IMG/VR virus record: IMGVR_UViG_3300034062_008235
Location: 27,058 to 91,057 of that record
DNA from: a virus
Strand: one strand, 5' to 3'
Length of the DNA: 64,000 nucleotides
Shown: one piece after another, positions 19,890 through 29,364 of the stretch
Layout of the letters: each line of letters opens with the position of its first letter
How positions within the stretch are numbered: position 1 is the stretch's first letter
The notes under the pieces: model-generated
What the model was told of the DNA's origin: nothing
The model's database searches: none
What the model saw: the letters and a program-made list of their open reading frames with translations, nothing else
Made by a program: the position numbers and the translations under genes

Positions 19890-20415
19890 TAATTTCTCTG
19901 GTCTTGATGTAGATGAGATACAACCAAAAAAATCGAAAAAAGTAAATGGTAAGAAAAAAGGAAATCGTACAGAATTAGAATTAACTAAAATATTATCTAA
20001 TCGTTTTAATATGCCCTTCACCCGTTCTGTTGGAAGCGGCAATAGATGGGGACAAGTTGAAAAAATGACTGAAGAAGCCACACAAGTCTTTAGCGGTGAC
20101 CTTGTTGTTCCTAAAGGTTTTAAGTTTGTTATTGAAAGCAAAGGCGGCTACGATAGCATTGATATGAGTGCCGTTTTTATCAAGGGTAATAGTGAACTAG
20201 ATAGTTTTATGCAACAAGTAACTGATGATAGCAGACGTTGCGGTAGAAATCCTATGGTTTGCTGGAAGAAGACACGCAAACCTTGGCTTGTTTTTGTGCT
20301 TACAAGAGATCTTGTTGGTTATGAGTTCGAATATGCAATGAAATACAAAGAATGGACAGGAGTGGCTTTAGATCACATTCTAAAGCTCAACGACGACTTC
20401 TTCTATCAATCCTAG
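19879..20415 (+). CDS. Holliday junction resolvase-like PD-(D/E)XK nuclease
   Basis: KKKGNRTE, RSVGSG, GDL, IESK. Confidence 0.8.
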   Translation: MNTDNFSGLDVDEIQPKKSKKVNGKKKGNRTELELTKILSNRFNMPFTRSVGSGNRWGQVEKMTEEATQVFSGDLVVPKGFKFVIESKGGYDSIDMSAVFIKGNSELDSFMQQVTDDSRRCGRNPMVCWKKTRKPWLVFVLTRDLVGYEFEYAMKYKEWTGVALDHILKLNDDFFYQS

Positions 20416-20423
20416 CCTATCAA

Positions 20424-21671
20424 TTATTCAAAATCATCAAGATTATAAATAAATGATTGTTTAGGAATATGTCTTTTATTATCTTTGGATAAAAACCAAT
20501 GCCATCTTGTTGGATGTTCTGGAGTTACTTTGGTGCCCATTCCATCAGTAATAATAAATACTGCTGATGGATATTTTTTGTGTTTTAATTTTTCTTTTTG
20601 AATACAATCCTCTATAATGCTAAAACAAGTACCTCCACCACCATAAATTTTACCAGAAGACAAATCAGTTTCTTCAACTTTTGTATCGAAGCAAAATAAT
20701 CTGATATTAAACTTTTCTTTTGGCAAACTATTAGCAGCTGTGAAAAATCGTTCTGCCAAATTTATACAACTTCCTGACGTATCTAAAAAGAAATAAACAT
20801 CTGTTTTATTTTTACTAAGATGGAAACATTCTATTTCAGCGTTTGAAGGCAAGATAAGACCGTTGTAAAACCCACTCATTCTTCTAGATTTTCTAATCCA
20901 TTGTTCTTTTTCAATGCTGGAAAAGCGTAATGTCTCAAATTGCCACTTCTTTATGATTGATTCCCATTTTTTCTTTCTCGATTTTTTAACTTTATTAATT
21001 GTCATCCAAGAGCCTTTATCAACTCCTGCATTCTTAATATTATTGATAGCATCGCTTAATTGCTGTTTTTCAGAAGCATCCAATTGATCAATAGTTTGTT
21101 TGACAGCTTCTTCAAGCTGTTCATCTGTTAACCCTGAATGGTCATCAACAAGTTTGCCATTACTGTCTCCATTGCCATTGCCACCTCCATTGTTTTCTTT
21201 TTGTTTTTCAATTTCATTGTAGTAAAATTCAGTGGATTCATCATCTGGATAAGGAAACCCTAAATACTTTTTATCTTTAAAAACAGTATCAACCCAACAA
21301 TACTCATTGTTTGAGTCAACATCTTCTTTGATAAAACCAAAATCTCTCACAAGAGAATGATTTACGACAACATCCATGGCTATATTGGATATCTTATTGT
21401 CAACTCCTTCAAGAAATCTTGACCCATGTTGAAGCACAATATGCAGTGCTTCGTGGCATATAACAAACATTTTTTTATAATCATCACATTTTTCCCAAAA
21501 CTTTTCATTGAAAAGAAAGTTAATAAACTTTCCTTCTTTATCAAATTGAACTGCTGCTGTAGGAATCTTATCAGTGAAAAAGGGCTTGCCCATTTCTACA
21601 ATTTTGTAGAAAAGACTATGATGGCAAGCAAGCTTGTTTTTAAGCCTTTCCCAATCAGAATTAATATCCAT
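20424..21671 (-). CDS. metallopeptidase (HExxH) + vWA domain protein
   Basis: HEALH, NIAMD, DTSGS MIDAS, GGGT, ITDG. Confidence 0.88.
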   Translation of the reverse strand: MDINSDWERLKNKLACHHSLFYKIVEMGKPFFTDKIPTAAVQFDKEGKFINFLFNEKFWEKCDDYKKMFVICHEALHIVLQHGSRFLEGVDNKISNIAMDVVVNHSLVRDFGFIKEDVDSNNEYCWVDTVFKDKKYLGFPYPDDESTEFYYNEIEKQKENNGGGNGNGDSNGKLVDDHSGLTDEQLEEAVKQTIDQLDASEKQQLSDAINNIKNAGVDKGSWMTINKVKKSRKKKWESIIKKWQFETLRFSSIEKEQWIRKSRRMSGFYNGLILPSNAEIECFHLSKNKTDVYFFLDTSGSCINLAERFFTAANSLPKEKFNIRLFCFDTKVEETDLSSGKIYGGGGTCFSIIEDCIQKEKLKHKKYPSAVFIITDGMGTKVTPEHPTRWHWFLSKDNKRHIPKQSFIYNLDDFE

Positions 21672-23061
21672 TTTGAATTCCTTTCATTACGTTGATGATC
21701 CCCAAATTTTCACATTTATTTTTGAAAACTAAGTTCTGAGTAACCTTGACAGCAAACATTTCATCCAGTTTTACATAACATTTATTCCATACTTTTACCA
21801 ATGAATCCAAATTATGCTGCTTTATAGTTGCTTCCCATTTTTCAATCACAAAGTCCACAATAAATGCTATCGTCTTTTTACAAACAACAATATCTGGATC
21901 ATCTGGTAAATTTTGCAAAATAATTTTAATTCTATCGTTTTTGTTACAATTTTCTATTTGATTTATGTAATCAGCGTTTGACAAAGATTCAGCAATATCA
22001 TTAGTAGCAGTTTTGCTTATACTTAAATCTTCTACACTATTATTAGCGTAGTACGATCTTATTTTCATCAATGCCTTGGGATTAGAACCAGCAGTTAATA
22101 TTTGTGTGATTACATTCTTAAACTCTTGATTACTATCTTTATTTTTTAAGATATAATCAGATATATTCAATTTTTCATCTGCAATTAATAAAGATAATTT
22201 TTCTCTTTTCAAAAGAGGAATAAAAAATTCCATGTAATTTTCATTAAGATTAATTATTTTTATTGCTGAAGCATAATTGTTCTCAATATTTAAAAACAAT
22301 TTTGCTTCTTTTATATTTTTCGTTTCGTATAATTTAGATAATTTCTTATCAATTGGTCCATTACTAATATCTTGTCTAAGTTTACCAATGTTACTATCTT
22401 TTGGTAGAATATCTTCTAGAGGAATACCTTTACTCATAAATTGCAAAGCATAATCAAGTCTTCTAGGAGATATCTGTTTTTTAATATTTTCTGGTAAATC
22501 ATTCCACCAATTAATACTAGCAGCAGCTATATCGTTTCCATACTTATTGCTAAAGTATTCTGTATCACAAGTATATGGAACAACAATTTGATTGGCATGA
22601 AAACGATCCTTATGTGCTGGATCTAACCTTTCAACATCATAAGTTCCTTGTTCATCTTCTGGATTGATAGCTGCCCAAACTACTTTCAGGTTAGGAAACT
22701 TTCTGCCATTGATTGATTTGAATTGACATAATTCAAGCAAAGCATTTCTAATCTTACTGGGAGATCTGTTGAATTCATCAACAAAAATAGCTTGTATTTT
22801 ACCTTCATCAACAAATGCTTTTGGAGGTATAATTTCAATACATTTTTTGCCGTTATATTCAACTTCTTTGGGAATTCCGATAAAATCAACCCATGGATCA
22901 AGCGTACTTCCAGAAAAGTAAAGCCATGATTCATTTAAAACTAAGCCTTTTTCTTCAAAAGCTTGTTTTACAATAGATGTTTTACCAACACCATGTTCTC
23001 CAGTAAGAAGAACATTCATTTCACAGTCGTAGTACTTCTTTAACCTTTCAACCAAATTCAT
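21661..23061 (-). CDS. MoxR-like AAA+ ATPase
   Basis: GEHGVGKT, FVDEFNR, AAIN, LDPA.KDRF; coupled to the vWA gene. Confidence 0.88.
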   Translation of the reverse strand: MNLVERLKKYYDCEMNVLLTGEHGVGKTSIVKQAFEEKGLVLNESWLYFSGSTLDPWVDFIGIPKEVEYNGKKCIEIIPPKAFVDEGKIQAIFVDEFNRSPSKIRNALLELCQFKSINGRKFPNLKVVWAAINPEDEQGTYDVERLDPAHKDRFHANQIVVPYTCDTEYFSNKYGNDIAAASINWWNDLPENIKKQISPRRLDYALQFMSKGIPLEDILPKDSNIGKLRQDISNGPIDKKLSKLYETKNIKEAKLFLNIENNYASAIKIINLNENYMEFFIPLLKREKLSLLIADEKLNISDYILKNKDSNQEFKNVITQILTAGSNPKALMKIRSYYANNSVEDLSISKTATNDIAESLSNADYINQIENCNKNDRIKIILQNLPDDPDIVVCKKTIAFIVDFVIEKWEATIKQHNLDSLVKVWNKCYVKLDEMFAVKVTQNLVFKNKCENLGIINVMKGIQNGY

Positions 23062-23112
23062 AGCATCCTCCTTGTTTGGATGATGCTATAATAAAAAAAA
23101 TTTACACGGCTG

Positions 23113-23850
23113 TCAAGTGAAGATTTGCAAATTCATACGATCAGAAATAAACACATTTTCGCCCATTTCCATGGTAAACCAAACATTGTAAATCCCAACA
23201 TCTAAATCAGTTGTATCAAGCATATAGTAAGCGTAATTTTTTTCTCTATAATCAGTTGGAACATTATCAAGCACTAATCTTAAGTCTTGTTCGACAGGCA
23301 CACAGTCTCCACAACTTAGTTCCATACTAATTTTTACATTTGAATTAATAATCAAATTTTCATAATATCGACCAAGGTCGGTTCCTCTTGGAACATTAGG
23401 AGTGATCTGGCAAATAACATACTGTTTTGAACCTTTTCTGAAACGATTAGGTCTGAAAGCAAAACTGAAATCATACACAACCGGAATTGGAGTTGTGTAC
23501 CAAAGTTCTGGATAAAGATTGAATGTATTGATAATTTGGCTAACACCTTCATTTGTTTTGAAAGTGATGTTCCATACATCTACATATTTGCCAACAGTAA
23601 ACAAAGGATATTCTGCAATTAGTTCTATGTAATATTTGCCTGTTTCATCTTGATTTATATCAACAGAATTTACAGTTCTAACAAGCGTACCATTAGATAT
23701 ATTTTCAATTGAATCATTATCTGGAATTTTATAAATTTGAACATTTTCAATTGACTGAACATTTGAAAATGAATTTTGATTATAAACAAATAATCTTAGA
23801 ATTACTGTGTCGTCTGGAACTGGGTTCTGATATCTTTCTTTAATAGCCAT
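23113..23850 (-). CDS. putative virion structural protein (beta-rich)
   Basis: 245 aa downstream of hub genes; Ig-like GKY/GIY-W patterns. Confidence 0.55.
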   Translation of the reverse strand: MAIKERYQNPVPDDTVILRLFVYNQNSFSNVQSIENVQIYKIPDNDSIENISNGTLVRTVNSVDINQDETGKYYIELIAEYPLFTVGKYVDVWNITFKTNEGVSQIINTFNLYPELWYTTPIPVVYDFSFAFRPNRFRKGSKQYVICQITPNVPRGTDLGRYYENLIINSNVKISMELSCGDCVPVEQDLRLVLDNVPTDYREKNYAYYMLDTTDLDVGIYNVWFTMEMGENVFISDRMNLQIFT

Positions 23851-23860
23851 TTTCTATCTC

Positions 23861-24088
23861 CTACTTAGACCTTGCTGATCTAAACGCCTTTTCTTGTTCT
23901 TCTCTTTCTTTTGTCTTTTGATCAATAAACTTGTCAATAAAATATTTTCTTTCTGCAATTGTTAATTGCATAAAGTCTTGTTTTTTGACATGCAAGTGAT
24001 AAAGAAAGAAGAACATTTCATCCATCAATGCTTGCCACAACTTCAGGCTTGGACTTAGTTCGCCTTCTTGTTCCGGGGGAAGAAAAAA
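23861..24088 (-). CDS. gp51-like/tail chaperone extension, -1 frame of upstream gene
   Basis: Not in ORF track. Open frame FFLPPEQEGELSPSLKLWQALMDEMFFFLYHLHVKKQDFMQLTIAERKYFIDKF...SK*; internal ATG 24025 has no RBS. Confidence 0.7.
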   Translation of the reverse strand, partial: FFLPPEQEGELSPSLKLWQALMDEMFFFLYHLHVKKQDFMQLTIAERKYFIDKFIDQKTKEREEQEKAFRSARSK

Positions 24089-25098
24089 CCTGAATCCAAT
24101 GGTAAATCGATTTCAAATTCTTCATTAGAATATGGAGATAAAATTGACACGTTTGTCTCCATCCCAAAAGGAGGATTGTTAATTACATTCCTAATATAAT
24201 TAACATCTTGAATAGGAAGACTCCTGATTAAAACTTTAAGTTCTTCTTTGTCTGAAATATTTTCAATATGATTAACAAGTTGAGCAATTCTAAAAGTCAA
24301 AGTGTCATCTGAAGCCATTTCTCCAAGTGACTTTAATTTTGAATCTTTGTATTGCTGCATTTCAGTTTCATCTCTACCTCTGCCAAACCTATAACTAAAT
24401 TTCAAGTTACTTTTTGGTAAAACACCTGTAAGATTGGAAATGCCAAAATTATCTGGGCACCTAGTAATCTCCAAGGTGTCTAAATCAACAGTAGTTGAAA
24501 ATTGTCTATCTGTCTCTGGACAGCGCATCTGTACTTCATAATCAGTACCATAGCTAATACCACGAAGATATATAAGAATAAATGTTCTGTCTTGAGAAAG
24601 AAAATTTTCTGTTTTAAAGTTTTCTCTAATACATTTGGAAAATATCATATTTATAGCAATACCCTTTTTCACAAATCTCGGCGTAGCAAGAATTTGCTCC
24701 TCTTCACCAGTCATAGGACGGATATTAATAACACCATTAGCAGGTCCATCTGTGCCATCATAGAATTTACCTTTGCTTGGCAACACAATCTCTTCATAGT
24801 GAGTGCTATGCTGCTTCAGTGTATTTAAGATTGCATTTAGCTCTGGGTTATTATTCATCATAACCATGGCTGTTGCAAGATCTACTTTGTTAGGTTGATT
24901 AACATGTCCGGTGTCGCCAGACATTTGCGCTCTAAATTGTGGAGGAATATTGCCAGCAATAACACCGGGAGGCAAATTATTAAATTCTGATGCTTGTTGT
25001 CTCAAAGGATGGTTTTCAGGCAAATCAATTGACTGTTCTCTTTGTGGATTATTGTTAGGCATTGATGGTCTTTGTGGTCTAAAAATTTCATCAGACAT
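24055..25098 (-). CDS. gp26-like baseplate hub/tail assembly chaperone
   Basis: LPSKG, IRPMTGEEEQIL, DR.FILIYLRGISYG, CP, ends ..GFFFP. Confidence 0.8.
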   Translation of the reverse strand: MSDEIFRPQRPSMPNNNPQREQSIDLPENHPLRQQASEFNNLPPGVIAGNIPPQFRAQMSGDTGHVNQPNKVDLATAMVMMNNNPELNAILNTLKQHSTHYEEIVLPSKGKFYDGTDGPANGVINIRPMTGEEEQILATPRFVKKGIAINMIFSKCIRENFKTENFLSQDRTFILIYLRGISYGTDYEVQMRCPETDRQFSTTVDLDTLEITRCPDNFGISNLTGVLPKSNLKFSYRFGRGRDETEMQQYKDSKLKSLGEMASDDTLTFRIAQLVNHIENISDKEELKVLIRSLPIQDVNYIRNVINNPPFGMETNVSILSPYSNEEFEIDLPLDSGFFFPRNKKAN

Positions 25099-25180
25099 TA
25101 TTTCCCCTTTTTTTATTACATGGACTTGAATTTAATTTAGTGTTATTTGTTTAAAACTATATTGTATTAGGAGATTTTTT

Positions 25181-25549
25181 ATGATACAAATCGGTTTCCA
25201 TAATGTTGCTGAATTAATTTTTCAAAATAATTTAGTAAAAAGTTCATTGCCAAAATATAAACATCTTTTTGATTCATGGGAATTAGCACAAAAAATTCCT
25301 CAAATGCGCAGTTTAGGAATACGATCTATTTTGGATTTCATTAATACGATTACAGACAAGGATATAGAAGCAATATCAGAGATATTTAAATTTCCAATTG
25401 AAATTATGAAAATGGAACTTGGATCTTACAAAAATGTTATTGGAAATATTGAAGATTTTGAATTACAACTACCTCTTAATATTAATGTGAATGATATGTG
25501 CCTTTATAGAAAAGGCGACAAGATATCTGTTCTAATAACAACGGGGTGA
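25181..25549 (+). CDS. hypothetical protein
   Basis: 122 aa, AGGAG RBS. Confidence 0.7.
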   Translation: MIQIGFHNVAELIFQNNLVKSSLPKYKHLFDSWELAQKIPQMRSLGIRSILDFINTITDKDIEAISEIFKFPIEIMKMELGSYKNVIGNIEDFELQLPLNINVNDMCLYRKGDKISVLITTG

Positions 25550-25866
25550 TTATGTTTGACATCGTTCTTTGGGTCTTTGGTTCTATTGGCATGACCAACA
25601 TTATTGTTGAGTCAGATATTGGCAGAGCTTTTAAAGACTTGATTAAGCCCTACATCTGGACGTTCCTGATGAAAGGTCTTAATTGCTATCAATGTACAGG
25701 TTTCTGGGCAGGAATGTTCACAACAACACTTATGTACGTTTTCAATGAATGGGATTGGCATAAGCTTCCTTTGATATTCCTTGGTGGATGTGCAACTAGT
25801 TTCTTCGCAACTTTCTGCGCATTTTATCAAACTTACTTAGAAGCTAACAGTATGATTTCGGATTAA
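25546..25866 (+). CDS. small membrane protein (DUF1360-like)
   Basis: hydrophobic helices, CYQCTGFWAG. Confidence 0.6.
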   Translation: MIMFDIVLWVFGSIGMTNIIVESDIGRAFKDLIKPYIWTFLMKGLNCYQCTGFWAGMFTTTLMYVFNEWDWHKLPLIFLGGCATSFFATFCAFYQTYLEANSMISD

Positions 25867-25868
25867 CA

Positions 25869-26084
25869 ATGCATACAATTTGTGATAACTGTGGTAAAAA
25901 ATATCTTGAAAAAGATCTTGAGAAATTAGTAAAAATTTCAAGATCAGAAATTCAAAATATTGTTATGGAAAAAGAAACAGATAAAGAGAAATTTGTTAAA
26001 CAAAACACTCTTTATAGATGTGTAAGCTGTGGTCATGCTTTAAGGGGAAAGAAAAATGAGCGATCAAGATCAGAAACAATCTAA
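25869..26084 (+). CDS. small Zn-ribbon protein
   Basis: CDNC...CVSC. Confidence 0.65.
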   Translation: MHTICDNCGKKYLEKDLEKLVKISRSEIQNIVMEKETDKEKFVKQNTLYRCVSCGHALRGKKNERSRSETI

Positions 26085-26460
26085 AGCATATGTTAGCTTG
26101 ATGGATATCAAAGCTGCTATGAAAGATGAAAACTTTCGTAGCAAGTTACCAGAATCATTGAATCCAGAAATTGAAAAATTTATCAACAATCCTAGTTGTT
26201 CTTGTAATGTGCCATTATACAAGAAGATTATAAAAGAAGCAAAAGATCAAGTTCTTGCTTACTTTCCGGGCAAAGAAGTCATGTCCCAAGAAGAAGAAAT
26301 TGAACGCCTTTCTAAAAACAATTGGCGTGTTATCAATTGCTCAATTGGTGACCTTGAAAAAGAAATGAAAAAACTTCCTCACGGTCGTAAACAAATAGCT
26401 ATTACAAGATACGAAGATCAAGTAACAATTGTTATCAATGAACTTGATAATTTGTATTGA
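26056..26460 (+). CDS. hypothetical protein
   Basis: 134 aa, PSCSC motif. Confidence 0.7.
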   Translation: MSDQDQKQSKAYVSLMDIKAAMKDENFRSKLPESLNPEIEKFINNPSCSCNVPLYKKIIKEAKDQVLAYFPGKEVMSQEEEIERLSKNNWRVINCSIGDLEKEMKKLPHGRKQIAITRYEDQVTIVINELDNLY

Positions 26461-27228
26461 TTATATCATCGTATCATACTTTAATATTAATGTTTTTATG
26501 TTAGATAGCATTTTATTAGGATGATTTTTATGCATGCTTGGAATCATTGGCATAAAGTCATAAATATCTCTATGAAATGCCATTTCTAAAGCTTTTTCAT
26601 AATATATTTTTGCATCCATAAAAAGATTCATTTCATATAAGTAATCTCCCCACAAGTTGATCAATTCTATAAAAGAAGGATATTTTTCAATTATAGAATT
26701 GATCAAGTCTATAAGCTCTTGATTATGATGGCTTGCTTTTAATTTTTCAAATACATATTGATAGATTATAAATAATTCGTTTAATTCAATGTCATTAGAG
26801 AAAATATATTCTTGTAATTTTACTAACAAGTTTCCTTTGGGCAAATATAAATTACACCATTCTTCATCAAACCTTTTCACATTGGTAAAAGAACTCTTTA
26901 TAAATATTTTAGAAACTTCTGGAATTTTAGCGTTGCTTCTTTTCGTCTTAACTATCCATTTATCCACAATTAGATTGTGATGAGATTTAAATATCTCTTC
27001 TTCATCCCAAAAAAGAATTTCTTCATCTGGATACAATAAGAAAAAGAATTCACCTTCATAGAACAATTCTAATTCAGGAAAAATATTTCTTTTGCTTTTT
27101 AATAAGTTCAAAGATTTAATTGTTTTGTCAAAAGTAAAAAAAGATTTATTTGCTATATGTGAGAATTTATTCACACATATTTCTTTTTCTTCTAAAGAAT
27201 CAACTATGATTGCACAATTTATTTTCAT
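26461..27228 (-). CDS. TPR-containing protein, possibly degenerate GT2-TPR
   Basis: C-terminal TPR (WGDYLYEM..AKIYYEKAL); N-terminal LYPDE. Confidence 0.5.
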   Translation of the reverse strand: MKINCAIIVDSLEEKEICVNKFSHIANKSFFTFDKTIKSLNLLKSKRNIFPELELFYEGEFFFLLYPDEEILFWDEEEIFKSHHNLIVDKWIVKTKRSNAKIPEVSKIFIKSSFTNVKRFDEEWCNLYLPKGNLLVKLQEYIFSNDIELNELFIIYQYVFEKLKASHHNQELIDLINSIIEKYPSFIELINLWGDYLYEMNLFMDAKIYYEKALEMAFHRDIYDFMPMIPSMHKNHPNKMLSNIKTLILKYDTMI

Positions 27229-27250
27229 AGATTCACACTATATTTCTAAT

Positions 27251-27739
27251 ATGAGTAACCATTATCTTGATAACAAATACCTTGAAAAAAACATTATAGA
27301 TTTCCAACAAGCTAAAAAGAATAAAAGAAAATATGAATTGTTTCGTCAAGATTACGAAATCCATAAAAAGAATACTGATAAAATTACCCTACAACTAGAT
27401 GAGGATAAAATTATTCAAAATGAAAAAATATTAAAACAAAGTCAAGATAATTTGGCAAAAGAATTTTTCACTTTAGCAGAAAATATCGTTCGATTTAGAA
27501 ATTTTCAAAAAATTGATTACGATGACGCTGTGCAAGAAGGCGTATTTATATGTTTTTCTAAAATCGAACGGTTTGATCCACATCGTGGAAGTAAAGCATT
27601 TAATTTTTTAACCACATGCCTAATACATCACTTAAGACAAATTTACAGATCAAACAAAAATTTCGAAGAACTTAAGAAAAGATATCAAGAATTTTACTTT
27701 GCAAAGATAAGTAGAGAAATTCCTATTAAAAGAATTTGA
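27251..27739 (+). CDS. gp55-like late sigma factor
   Basis: NHYLDNK, DDAVQEG, RFDP.RGSKAFNFLT; start revised to ATG 27251. Confidence 0.82.
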   Translation: MSNHYLDNKYLEKNIIDFQQAKKNKRKYELFRQDYEIHKKNTDKITLQLDEDKIIQNEKILKQSQDNLAKEFFTLAENIVRFRNFQKIDYDDAVQEGVFICFSKIERFDPHRGSKAFNFLTTCLIHHLRQIYRSNKNFEELKKRYQEFYFAKISREIPIKRI

Positions 27740-27807
27740 TTTTAATTCAATTTGATGTATATTTAAATTTAGCTTACTAAGCTAACTTTGATTTTTAGGA
27801 GATTTAT

Positions 27808-28083
27808 ATGAAGAATAGGTTTTTAGAAAGTATCGAAAACGGAGAACTTCTTACCATTCTTGAAAAAAGTTATCTTAAAGAAAAAATTGGTTTGTTGCTT
27901 TCAAACGAGAACCTAGTTTATACTAAAAAAGGCAGACTTAATAAGTCTGGCGCTTGTCGAATTCTTAGTATGAAAAATAAAGAATTAGAAACATTTCTTG
28001 AAGAATGTCGTAAGGTTCTTGAAGTAGATCAATTTCTCGAACCAGATGAATATAAAAAATTACAAGAAGATAATGGCGAATAA
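27808..28083 (+). CDS. hypothetical protein (possible HTH)
   Basis: YTKKGRLNKSGACRIL; AGGAG RBS. Confidence 0.65.
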   Translation: MKNRFLESIENGELLTILEKSYLKEKIGLLLSNENLVYTKKGRLNKSGACRILSMKNKELETFLEECRKVLEVDQFLEPDEYKKLQEDNGE

Positions 28084-28665
28084 CTAAGGCATCATATATG
28101 ATGATGCTAAATTTATTAATCTCCTGCTGCATGGTTCCCAATATGCTCTATCATATCTGATATCCATTACCACTCTCATAGGCTGATCAGATGTCATATC
28201 AGTGCCACCAAAGTCAACAGAAGATGGATATGCATTTACATAATTCCATGCCTCTAAAGCAAAACCGCAACCATCTAACATAAATATTTGTATGTCTCTT
28301 TTAAAATTGTTAGCGATGGCACCAAAATAACTCGCACCCGTTTGACCTCTAAAAGCATTTCTTTGTACCGAGTAAATCGAATTAATCCAATTCAAAGCAG
28401 GATTAGTTGCAGCTACATCATACAATGTTACTTGAATAGGCTTCCACTCAGGCTTAGCAGCATAAAACACAGTTTCCATTAAATGTGGGACATCAAATTC
28501 TTTAAAAGACACACTAGGTCTAGCAGCTTTTTCTTCTATTAAAACTTTATTGTAAACACGGGTTGAACTATTTCCAACATGCGTGACATTAGGAATATGT
28601 AACACAAAACGGTTTTGCTTCTTAAATGTAGTATAAGAAGCAAAACCTACACCCATCTTAGGCAT
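28084..28665 (-). CDS. tail tube-like protein (gp19 family paralog)
   Basis: NRF, RPS, W.PI.VTLYD, W..NAYP..VDFG..D, YDRA. Confidence 0.8.
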   Translation of the reverse strand: MPKMGVGFASYTTFKKQNRFVLHIPNVTHVGNSSTRVYNKVLIEEKAARPSVSFKEFDVPHLMETVFYAAKPEWKPIQVTLYDVAATNPALNWINSIYSVQRNAFRGQTGASYFGAIANNFKRDIQIFMLDGCGFALEAWNYVNAYPSSVDFGGTDMTSDQPMRVVMDIRYDRAYWEPCSRRLINLASSYMMP

Positions 28666-28680
28666 AATCGATTTTATCCT

Positions 28681-29340
28681 TTATAAATTAGCACCCAAAC
28701 CAGTACCGCAAACAGGAGTGTTGCACAATTCAGGAGCAGCTGTTGCACAATTGTTTTCATACTTAGCATATGAATATCTAAGAGTCATAACAATATTACA
28801 TTCAGCAGATTCACTATAATCAAGGTCACCAAAGTCGATACTCTTGGGCCAACAGTTTACTAAAGTCCACGTTTCTAAAACATAGCCACAACCATCAAGA
28901 AGAATAAGCTTGCCTGTTCCACCATAGCCAAAACCAGCACCAGTTGGATCTGTAGCGTAGCTTCTTTGAGTTGCAGATATTTCTGTCGAATTAGCAACGC
29001 CGTTCGCTGGAGCAGCAAAGTTATAAACTCTATTGACCCATCTTAAAAGATTTGAAATAGTTGGATCACCGGGAACAGCAACATCATAGTAAGTGAATTC
29101 TAGTTCACTAAATGTTGCTTTTCCGGGAAGCCAAGTCTTACCATTTAGAAAATTGATTTCAGCACTATCATCGATTTCTATTGATGGTCTTTTTGCTGAT
29201 TTTACATATTTACCAGAAACACCAAAACTGTTAGGACCACCACCACCGATATTTTCAACAGAAAACACCCAACGGTATTTTCGTTTAAAAGCTACGTTGT
29301 TTAGCGCCCCAATGCCCATATTATTGATTGTATTAGCCAT
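28681..29340 (-). CDS. tail tube protein (gp19-like)
   Basis: KRKYRW, RPS, WLPGK, W.L.NCWP.SIDFGDLDYS; follows the sheath gene. Confidence 0.85.
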   Translation of the reverse strand: MANTINNMGIGALNNVAFKRKYRWVFSVENIGGGGPNSFGVSGKYVKSAKRPSIEIDDSAEINFLNGKTWLPGKATFSELEFTYYDVAVPGDPTISNLLRWVNRVYNFAAPANGVANSTEISATQRSYATDPTGAGFGYGGTGKLILLDGCGYVLETWTLVNCWPKSIDFGDLDYSESAECNIVMTLRYSYAKYENNCATAAPELCNTPVCGTGLGANL

Positions 29341-29364
29341 TAATCCTCCCTTGTTTTTCTTTAA

